DNA from: an uncultured Planctomycetales bacterium
GTDB taxonomy: Bacteria > 4484-113 > JAFGCY01
Reading direction: 5' to 3'
DNA length: 64,000 bases
Assembly: GCA_964512635.1 (NCBI GenBank)
Contig: CAZEJB010000014.1
Location: 15,704 to 79,703, forward strand
Part shown: piece by piece, positions 40,158 to 47,752 of the stretch
How positions within the stretch are numbered: position 1 is the stretch's first letter
Layout of the letters: each line of letters opens with the position of its first letter
The notes under the pieces: model-generated
What the model was told of the DNA's origin: nothing
Database searches by the model: none
Seen by the model: only the letters and a program-made list of their open reading frames with translations
Translations under genes and position numbers: made by a program

Positions 40158-41177
40158 TCAGAGGAGCTTCATCATCTCCCGGGCCAGCATACGGTTAAGG
40201 CGGTGGCCGCTGCGAAATGCTGTGACACGCCCGCTCCACTCCGCCGGCACGATATAGAGATCACCGATAAGGTCCAGCACCTTATGCCGCGCGTACTCGT
40301 CGGGGAAGCGCAGGGGACTGTCGGGGACCATCTCGGAGCGCGGACGATCCGTCCGCGAATCTTCAGGGAGCGCGGGACTGTGTCCCGTATCTTCGTCCGG
40401 AAGCGGACCACTGGTCCGCGCTCCGGTCTGCGGACTTAAGTCCGCGCTCCCAGCAGGCCGGATCACCAGCGCGTCCTCGCTGTGCGTGTTCTTCAACAGT
40501 CCCGCTGCGCTCAGCGCCTCGCCTTCGCGCTGAGTAATGAAGGTCCGCGCCGGGAGGATGCCGTCGACTGCCCACTTTCTTGTGATGTCACCAAAGCAGA
40601 CTCGCTGCTCTCCGAGTTCAGGATGACTGAAGGAGTAGTCGATGCTCAGTCGATAATCGGTTATGTCGCGGTTTCGTTCGATCAATATGTAGCTGCCATT
40701 CTCATCTTCGACCCTCAACTGCTCTACTGGCAGAATGGGTCGGTTTGCCGCCATGTACTCCACTCCCGCGGACGCGATCTCGTCATAGAGCGTCCTGGCC
40801 GAACCGTCGTGATTCGGCAGTTCAGTGCCGTTGTCCACCACAATGCGGCAGTGGTCGATGCCGGCGGCCCAGAGCGCGCAAAAGACATGCTCAATCACCA
40901 GCAGGGGCGGGCCGCCCTCGCCGGGCGGGAGCAGGGCCGTACAGTTGGGCAGCTCGAGGTAGCGCTCAGGCAGGGCGGGGTAGCGGTAGCCCTCGTGTTC
41001 AATCAGGATGCCGTGCGCGGCAAACTCCGGCGTGCTTTTCTCGACGTCGTAGGGGATTCCCCCGCGCTCGCATTCCTCGGGCGACAGCGCCGGGCGGATC
41101 TTGCAGGAACACTTGCTGCCAGAGAACAAACCCCTGCCAGAGAGGCCGACGCCGTGCTTGATGGTAGCTGAATGCAT
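40158..41177 (-). CDS. lpxC: UDP-3-O-acyl-N-acetylglucosamine deacetylase with an in-frame REP-derived insert
   Basis: G.GL.SG, IEH..CAL...GID, ELP..DGSA, I..ARTF, RF.DE..RHK.LD.IGDL and SGH.LN. Confidence 0.9.
   Translation of the reverse strand: MHSATIKHGVGLSGRGLFSGSKCSCKIRPALSPEECERGGIPYDVEKSTPEFAAHGILIEHEGYRYPALPERYLELPNCTALLPPGEGGPPLLVIEHVFCALWAAGIDHCRIVVDNGTELPNHDGSARTLYDEIASAGVEYMAANRPILPVEQLRVEDENGSYILIERNRDITDYRLSIDYSFSHPELGEQRVCFGDITRKWAVDGILPARTFITQREGEALSAAGLLKNTHSEDALVIRPAGSADLSPQTGARTSGPLPDEDTGHSPALPEDSRTDRPRSEMVPDSPLRFPDEYARHKVLDLIGDLYIVPAEWSGRVTAFRSGHRLNRMLAREMMKLL
40335..40451. repeat. Four GGAG-type REPs inside lpxC
   Basis: Units at 40335, 40367, 40402 (reverse) and 40429 (reverse). 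The second is essentially identical to the intergenic REP at 40041. Confidence 0.88.
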
Positions 41178-41265
41178 CGCAGCTAGTTATAGATGATGGC
41201 GGATGGCGGATGGCGGATGGCAGAGATGGAGGAATGAGGGTAGGGGCGCACGGCGTGCGCCCGGC

Positions 41266-41688
41266 TCACTTGACTAGTCTGATTGGCAAGCCCAATCCCT
41301 GAACTGACTCAACAAACTCTTGACGACCTCGGTCGGGCAACGATGCTTCCCACCAAGGCAGAACGTAACTTGAATGCGATTGCATAGGGTTATCGGGCAA
41401 TAGGATCGATCGATATCGGTAGTCAATGTCAGAGAGCGATTGTCTGAAGACAACATAGTCGGGCGATGTCTTATCCGAATAGGACGTTATGGCCTCTTCG
41501 AGCAGACGTCGGACGTCAAGGTCAAACATCAGTTCATCATAAATGTCGCCATAGCCAGATTCGCACGTCCCGACAAGCCTGTCCCATCCTTGCAATAGAT
41601 CCCACACAGCCACTGGCCGTCCATAACTCACCACAGTTCTCCAAACGAACTCTGCAAAAGGACCGTTTCGAAATTCTAGTGCCTTCAT
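41266..41688 (-). CDS. Low-GC hypothetical protein carried between inverted REPs
   Basis: 140-aa ORF with a GGAG RBS; AT-rich compared with the flanks. Confidence 0.6.
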   Translation of the reverse strand: MKALEFRNGPFAEFVWRTVVSYGRPVAVWDLLQGWDRLVGTCESGYGDIYDELMFDLDVRRLLEEAITSYSDKTSPDYVVFRQSLSDIDYRYRSILLPDNPMQSHSSYVLPWWEASLPDRGRQEFVESVQGLGLPIRLVK

Positions 41689-41815
41689 TTTGTGTGAATC
41701 AACTCCTCGAAATCACTCCGCAGCGCAAGCTATACGCCGGGCGCACGCAGTGCGCCCCTACATGTCTTCCCAGCGCCACGTTCCATCTGCCATCTGACAT
41801 TTGCCATCTGCCATT

Positions 41816-44815
41816 CTATGAGACCAGCTCCTTCAGCAACTCCCTCAGACTGAGTTGCGCGCTCGGCTTGACCTGGCTGGGGTCGGAGATGTCGCCAAAG
41901 ACGTCGTCGAAGAGGCCCTGCTTCTCTTTTAACATCTTCAGCAGCTTCTCCTCAACCGTGTTGCGGCACAGCAGGTTGATCACCACCACGCTGCCCTGCT
42001 GGCCCATGCGATGCGCGCGGGCGACGCGCTGCGCCAGCTTGGCCGGGTTAAAGGGCAGGTCGTAGTTGACCACCAGGCTGGCCGCCTGCAGGTTCAGGCC
42101 GGTGCCGCCGGCGTCAGTGCTGATCAGGATACGGCTCTTGCCCTCCTGGAAACGCTCGACCAGCTCGCGGCGGCCCTGGGCATCCACCCCGCCGTGCAGG
42201 AAGGCCGGGGCATAACCCGCAGCCGTCAGCTCGCGCAGCAGGATCTCGCCCATTCGCGTCCACTGGGTGAAGATGATCGCCTGGCGATCCAGCGTGCGGA
42301 TCTCGTCCTCAAGGATTGCGTTCAGCTCCGTGAGCTTCTGGCTTTCGCGCTGGCTCGGTTCGATCAGCTCCGGCGTGTCACAGACCTCGCGCAGGCGTTG
42401 CAGCAGGGTCATGGCGTTGTTGGTCGCCAGCTTGTCCCACTGCTCCTTGCTGAGCAGCATGCTGGTCTCGCCCTGCAGGTCCTTATAGAATGCGCGCTGG
42501 ATGTCGGTCAGGCTCAGCCAGCGCTCCATCTCGATCAGCGGCGGCAGTTCGGTGAGCGTCTGGGTCTTTGTGCGTCGCAGGGTCAGGGCCGCGATCTTGC
42601 GGCTGACTTCCTCGACCTTCTGATAGCCCTGGATGCCGCCGAAGCGGTCGAGGATCACGTAGCGGTCGCGGAAGGCCAGCGGGTTGGCGCCGAGAGCCCT
42701 GGGCTCGATGAACTTCATGATGGTGTAGAGCTCCATCAGCTGGTTCTCCAGCGGCGTACCGGTCAGGACAAACAGGTAGGGGCTGGCGAGGCTGAAGACC
42801 GACTGCGCGGTCTTGGTACGGAAGTTCTTGACGCGCTGGGCCTCGTCAAGGATCAGGATGTCGGGGGCCAGGGCCTTGAGCTGCTCGATATCGCGGTGGA
42901 CCAGCTCGTAGTTCACGATGTAGAAGAAGGGCATGTCCGCCGGGTCGTGGAAGATGCCGGGGAGCTGCTGCGCCTTGCCGGATGCCCTGGCATCCGCCTT
43001 GCCGGGCGGGCTGGCCAGGATCTGGTCCAGCAGCGCATCGGCTTCATCGCGCGCGCTGGCCTTCCTGGCCGCACGACCTGCCGGGGCAGGAGGGTCTTTA
43101 GCCTGCTGCGCCGCCGCAGCGCCTGTGGCGCGATCAAAGACTGCCGCCGCCCGATAGATCGATTCCCGCTCGTCCGGCCCGCCGCCAATAACCTCGCAGC
43201 GCAGTCCGGTGAAGCGCTGGATCTCGGACTGCCACTGGTACTTCAGCGAGGCCGGGCAGACAATCAGCGCGCGCTTCAAACCCTGCTTCTGTTTCAGGTA
43301 GAAGGCGGCGGTCATACTCTGCAGGGTTTTGCCGAGGCCCATGTCATCTGCCAGCAGGGCCCGCCGGTTGCTGACCAGAAAGGCCACCCCTTCGCGCTGA
43401 AAGGGGTAGAGCTTGGCTTTCACCGGCGTATCAGAATGGAGCGCGGAGTCTTCGGTGGGGCGGCCGGGCCGCTCAGAATGGAGCGCGTCTTCGGTGGGGC
43501 GGCCCTCAGTGGCCGCCTTCTTCTTATTCTCTGGCTTTGGCAGTCCCCACCACCAAACCCACTTATAGCCCTGTTCATTCGGCCAGCGCTTGTGAGGATT
43601 ATTCAAGATGTACTGCGCTTTCTCGAGAAGTTCGTCATCGTCTCGCATTATCCTATCGAGATACTCATCTTGCCAAAGGGACCCCACATAGCCTAACTCC
43701 TTTTGTGCAGTGTGGGCCGTAAATGATTTCCAGGAATGGACAACGTCCTCAAGGTAGTGCCCGGGCATAGGTTGCATGAGAACATGAACATGGTCGTCCA
43801 TCACGACGTAAGCAAAGAGGTGGTAACGCTGAGTGTCAAAGTGATGAATGGCACTGGCCACCAAATCACGGGCAGCTGGGCTCAGAGTTTGGTGCTTTTT
43901 GTTCAGCCTCCAGGTTACAAAGTAAGTTGAGTTACTTAGACGCCAGTGGGGAAGTCGGTGCCGATATTGAGAAAAATCGTCTTTGGCAGCTGGGATGGCG
44001 GCCAGTGACGGCCGCCCCACCGAAGAGTCCCGCGCTTCATCCTCGGCGCCCTCGCCGGCGATCCACTGTTCAAGCTCCTCCGCCAGCGTCTTTAGTCCCT
44101 CATAGTGATCCAGCACGGGCTTCACTGTTGGGTGTATGCGCACCTGCGCGCCGGCGACGTGCAGCCTGGCGACCAGTTCGGGGCAGTCCAGGGGCTGGCG
44201 CAGGGTATGCACCTGGTCGATATGCGCGGCAAGAATGCTGTGCAGTTCCGGCAACAGGAACTGCTCGGCGTGATAGGCCTGCACCTGGCGGAAGAAGGAA
44301 ATCGACTCTTCGAAACTGATCGCCCGGGCGCCGAACTCCTTCAGGGCCAGAGTGAAGCCCTTGTCGAAGCGCAGCTGGCCCTTGGCCCGGCGCAGCAGCT
44401 TCTCCAGGCGCCAGACATCAAAGTTGTCCCGCAGCGCTCCTTCCGTGCAGTACTCGCGCAGCAGGTTCTGCAACGGCCTGGCCGCCTCATGCGCCGGTGC
44501 GCTGACCAGGAAGCGCACTGACTGCGGCCCTTCGATGCCACGCTGCTTAGCACCGCTGAAGAGCACCACATAGCGCTGCATATGCGCGTCATAGGCCTTC
44601 TGCAGCGCTTCCCAGTCAGTGCCGGCAAAGAAACGGTCCGCCCGCGCGTCGCCGAGTTCTGCCAGCAGACTGGGGTAGGCCGAGTAGTCGCTGAGCGCAA
44701 AGCCGAAGCTGAAGTACTGGTTGATGATCCGGCGTATGTGCGGCGGCAGGCGCTGCTTGTCACCGCTGAAGCGGATCTCATCGCCGTTCTTGCCACCAAC
44801 TACCAGACGCGCCAC
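41816..44815 (-). CDS. SNF2-family helicase/ATPase with an internal RAYT transposase domain
   Basis: YPFQREG, LADDMGLGKT, LDEAQRVKN, LTGTPLEN, IFTQW and GG.GLNLQ.A..V...D.P.NPA...QR.ARAHRMGQ. Confidence 0.92.
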   Translation of the reverse strand: MARLVVGGKNGDEIRFSGDKQRLPPHIRRIINQYFSFGFALSDYSAYPSLLAELGDARADRFFAGTDWEALQKAYDAHMQRYVVLFSGAKQRGIEGPQSVRFLVSAPAHEAARPLQNLLREYCTEGALRDNFDVWRLEKLLRRAKGQLRFDKGFTLALKEFGARAISFEESISFFRQVQAYHAEQFLLPELHSILAAHIDQVHTLRQPLDCPELVARLHVAGAQVRIHPTVKPVLDHYEGLKTLAEELEQWIAGEGAEDEARDSSVGRPSLAAIPAAKDDFSQYRHRLPHWRLSNSTYFVTWRLNKKHQTLSPAARDLVASAIHHFDTQRYHLFAYVVMDDHVHVLMQPMPGHYLEDVVHSWKSFTAHTAQKELGYVGSLWQDEYLDRIMRDDDELLEKAQYILNNPHKRWPNEQGYKWVWWWGLPKPENKKKAATEGRPTEDALHSERPGRPTEDSALHSDTPVKAKLYPFQREGVAFLVSNRRALLADDMGLGKTLQSMTAAFYLKQKQGLKRALIVCPASLKYQWQSEIQRFTGLRCEVIGGGPDERESIYRAAAVFDRATGAAAAQQAKDPPAPAGRAARKASARDEADALLDQILASPPGKADARASGKAQQLPGIFHDPADMPFFYIVNYELVHRDIEQLKALAPDILILDEAQRVKNFRTKTAQSVFSLASPYLFVLTGTPLENQLMELYTIMKFIEPRALGANPLAFRDRYVILDRFGGIQGYQKVEEVSRKIAALTLRRTKTQTLTELPPLIEMERWLSLTDIQRAFYKDLQGETSMLLSKEQWDKLATNNAMTLLQRLREVCDTPELIEPSQRESQKLTELNAILEDEIRTLDRQAIIFTQWTRMGEILLRELTAAGYAPAFLHGGVDAQGRRELVERFQEGKSRILISTDAGGTGLNLQAASLVVNYDLPFNPAKLAQRVARAHRMGQQGSVVVINLLCRNTVEEKLLKMLKEKQGLFDDVFGDISDPSQVKPSAQLSLRELLKELVS
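43431..44020 (-). mobile_element. RAYT domain with inverted GTGG-type REPs, inserted in frame in the SNF2 gene
   Basis: RHRLPHW, TYFVTWRL, VMDDHVH (HUH), WKSFTA, LWQDEY.DRI.R and QYILNNP. REPs at 43494-43517 and 43997-44020. Confidence 0.9.
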
Positions 44816-44858
44816 GACCCTATGTTAGCGTGACCCCTGAGAGTACTTAACATCAGCC

Positions 44859-45083
44859 TCAGCGCAGGTAGAGCTCCCAAAGTACGATCAGCACGGCAAG
44901 GCCCACAAACACAGCAATCGGCCAGTAGCTGGAAGAGCCAGCCTCTTCCTCTAACGACACCACAAAAGCGCTTTCAGGCTCGCGCAGTTCTTCCTCGTCG
45001 CGGCGTTCAAGCTCAAGGTTCGCGCGCATCTGGACGCGATAGTCATGCTCATCCTGATCAAGTTTCTGCCGCCAGTCGCTCAT
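44859..45083 (-). CDS. Small membrane protein
   Basis: 74 aa with a charged N-terminus and a C-terminal TM helix. Confidence 0.5.
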   Translation of the reverse strand: MSDWRQKLDQDEHDYRVQMRANLELERRDEEELREPESAFVVSLEEEAGSSSYWPIAVFVGLAVLIVLWELYLR

Positions 45084-45148
45084 AAAAGGGAGTATATCCG
45101 TGCGGCTGCTAATTTGCCGCCGGACGGTCTGGGTATCATTGCTCTGCC

Positions 45149-45730
45149 ATGAATTCAAGCCGGCATGAGCAGCTTCGCCAGCAGGCCGCGGCACTGCGCG
45201 GACTCGAGCGTATTGTGCTGGTGGGCTGCAGCGGCGCGGGCAAGAGCACGCTCTCACGCTGGCTTGGGCCGGCGCTTGGCCTGCCGGTCGTGCACCTGGA
45301 CCGCGAATTCTGGCTTCCCGGCTGGGTCGAGCCGGATCGCGATCAATGGCGGCAACGTGTTGCCGAGCTGCTTGCCGAGCCCCACTGGGTCATGGACGGA
45401 AACTTCAGCAACACCTTTGAGCAGCGTGTTGAGCGCGCCCAGGCGGTGATCTTCCTGGATTTTCCGCGCTGGCTGTGTATCAATCGCGTGCTGGGCCGTG
45501 TGGTGAAGGACTATGGACGTACCCGGGCTGATATGACTCCGGGATGCAATGAGCGCTTCGACTGGGGCTTCATGGTCTGGATCTGGAACTATCCCCGGCG
45601 CAGCCGGCCGAAGATTGTCGAAATTCTGAACCGTCATCAGGAGCACAAGCAGATGCTCATCCTGAGGCATCCGGCCGAGATTGATATCCTGAGGCAGGGC
45701 CTGGAGGAGTCTGGGCCGCTCAGGCGTTGA
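45149..45730 (+). CDS. Topology modulation protein / adenylate kinase-like (FlaR family)
   Basis: GCSGAGKSTL, HLDREFWLPGW, WVMDGN and IFLDFP. Confidence 0.85.
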   Translation: MNSSRHEQLRQQAAALRGLERIVLVGCSGAGKSTLSRWLGPALGLPVVHLDREFWLPGWVEPDRDQWRQRVAELLAEPHWVMDGNFSNTFEQRVERAQAVIFLDFPRWLCINRVLGRVVKDYGRTRADMTPGCNERFDWGFMVWIWNYPRRSRPKIVEILNRHQEHKQMLILRHPAEIDILRQGLEESGPLRR

Positions 45731-46004
45731 TGGCGCCACAGGAAGGGCAGAAACGCACTTCGTCGCCGATGTTTACACCGCAGCTGGTGCAGCGCCGCGG
45801 CTCAGGTTCGCTTGCCATGGCGGCCTGCGCCTGGGCTTCGGCGGCCTTCTCAGCCTCCCAGGCACGGCGCTGTTCATCCACCTGACGGTTCTGGTGCGCC
45901 AGGTTCAGCAGGATAATGCGCACCAGCAGAAACATGACTGCCACTGGCAGCACGAGCGCAAGTGCTGTTCTGACCCACGGTATGAAGAGCAGGTCTTCAA
46001 ACAT
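45720..46004 (-). CDS. Small membrane protein with a C-terminal zinc ribbon
   Basis: TM segment followed by CTSCG...FCPSCG. Confidence 0.75.
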   Translation of the reverse strand: MFEDLLFIPWVRTALALVLPVAVMFLLVRIILLNLAHQNRQVDEQRRAWEAEKAAEAQAQAAMASEPEPRRCTSCGVNIGDEVRFCPSCGAINA

Positions 46005-46065
46005 GGCGTTCCCCCCGGCGTTTCCTGCTGGCACTAATTCTAGCGCCTCGCGCTAAAATCTGGCT

Positions 46066-47277
46066 ATGGCAACTATGCTTCAGGACGTCCTGCCCGGCGT
46101 CAACATCAGCGAACCCACGCGCAACGGCCACCCCGAGGTGGTCGCCAACCGCCGTTTTCTGCACACGATTCCTGAAATCGGCCTGCAGGAGTTTCAAACG
46201 GCGGAGTTCATTGAAAGCCGCCTTGACGCCCTGGGGCTGGCGCATGAGCGCTGCACCCCGACCGGCATCCTGAGCATGATCAATGGCCGCAACCCCGACA
46301 GCGGTCCAGTGGTTATGCTGCGCGCCGACATCGACGCATTGCCGATCCTGGAAGCCACCGCCCACGAATACGTCTCCACCCGCCCGGGCTTCATGCACGC
46401 CTGCGGCCATGACACCCACACGGCGATGCAGATCGGCGTGGCCCGCCGCCTGGTCAGCGAAGGCTTTGACAAGGGCCGCGTTAAGCTCTGCTTCCAGCCC
46501 GGTGAGGAAGGCCACCACGGCGCGGAGAAGATGATCGCCGCCGGGGCACTGGAGAACCCGAAGGTTCAGTACTGCTACGGCCAGCACATCTGGGCCGGCA
46601 GCCCGACGGGCCAGATCCTGATCCAGGGCGGCCCGGTGATGGCCGGCGTCGACCGCCTGGAGATCAGCCTGACCGGCAAGGGCACCCATGCGGCCCAGCC
46701 GCAGAGCGGCTATGACACGGTCTATGCCGCCGCCCAGGTAATCACCGCGCTGCAGACAGTCATCAGCCGCAATATCGACCCGCTCGAGGCGGGCGTGGTG
46801 ACGGTGGCGATGATCAACGGTGGCACCGCCCACAACATCATCCCGGAAAAAGTCGAGCTGGTTGGAACGATCCGCTGGTTCGACAACGAGACCCACGAGA
46901 TCATCAAGAAGCGCGTGCCCGAAGTCGTCACCGGCATCGCCAATGCCCTGCAGGTCCAGGCCGATGTGCGGATCATCCACGAGCACTTCCCGACAGTGAA
47001 CGATGACAACATTGCCGAGATCGTGCGCCAGGAAGCGGTGCAGATCGTCGGCGAAGCCAACGTGATCACTCGCCAGCGTACGATGGGCGCCGAGGACTTT
47101 TCCGACTTCGCCCGCGAAGCGCCGGGGGCCTTTGCCTTTGTCGGCGCGCAGAACCCCTCCAAGGACTGCGTCTGGCCGCACCACCACCCCAAGTTCAACG
47201 TCGACGAGGATGCCTTCGCCATCGGTTCCGAGCTTATGCACCGCGTCTGCCTGCGCCTGCTGGAACTGCCGGGCTAG
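46066..47277 (+). CDS. M20D amidohydrolase
   Basis: RR.LH..PE, LRADIDALP, MHACGHD.H, QPGEE, GAEDF and HHHPKFNVDE. Confidence 0.92.
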   Translation: MATMLQDVLPGVNISEPTRNGHPEVVANRRFLHTIPEIGLQEFQTAEFIESRLDALGLAHERCTPTGILSMINGRNPDSGPVVMLRADIDALPILEATAHEYVSTRPGFMHACGHDTHTAMQIGVARRLVSEGFDKGRVKLCFQPGEEGHHGAEKMIAAGALENPKVQYCYGQHIWAGSPTGQILIQGGPVMAGVDRLEISLTGKGTHAAQPQSGYDTVYAAAQVITALQTVISRNIDPLEAGVVTVAMINGGTAHNIIPEKVELVGTIRWFDNETHEIIKKRVPEVVTGIANALQVQADVRIIHEHFPTVNDDNIAEIVRQEAVQIVGEANVITRQRTMGAEDFSDFAREAPGAFAFVGAQNPSKDCVWPHHHPKFNVDEDAFAIGSELMHRVCLRLLELPG

Positions 47278-47278
47278 T

Positions 47279-47725
47279 GGAGCGCGGACCCATGGTCCGT
47301 ATCTTCTGCGCTGCGACAAGCCAATGTGGTGCGGGGATCAACCACAAAGATCACAAAGGTTCACGAAGAACACGAAGAGTAGGAATAGAGCCTGGAAGCT
47401 GCCTCTGAGCTGTCATTCTGATGTAGCCAAGGGGGCTGGCAGAGTCTTAGCCTTAGTGCTCTTGGTGCTGCTTGGTGGGCCTGATGTTGAGAAAAGCCAT
47501 GTCCAGCTGTTCTGCTTTGCGTTCTTCGCGAGCTTTACGCTGTGATCTTTGTATGGCAGGTCCGGGACGGCCGAACTGGGGTAGGGGCGCACAGAGTGCG
47601 CCCGGCATTTGGCTCGCTGCCCAGAGCAGCGAATGACAATACCAATCCAATTCGCGGCCCCGGTAGGGGCCGGGCGCACGCGGTGCGCCCCTACAAGGCA
47701 AAAACGGACCATGGGTCCGCGCTCC
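47279..47725. repeat. Nested repeat array: a GGAG-REP pair enclosing a 9-bp array pair and a GTAG-REP doublet
   Basis: Outer REPs at 47279 and 47702-47725; 9-mers at about 47342-47376 and 47515-47550; GTAG doublet at 47581-47694. Confidence 0.8.
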
Positions 47726-47752
47726 ATCCTGAGCGCCGCATAGAATAGAAGC

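Noticed and set aside
41190-41815. Integron cassette with attC sites
   Set aside because: The flanks are REP hairpins and heptamer arrays without RYYYAAC/GTTRRRY cores, and no integron integrase is present.
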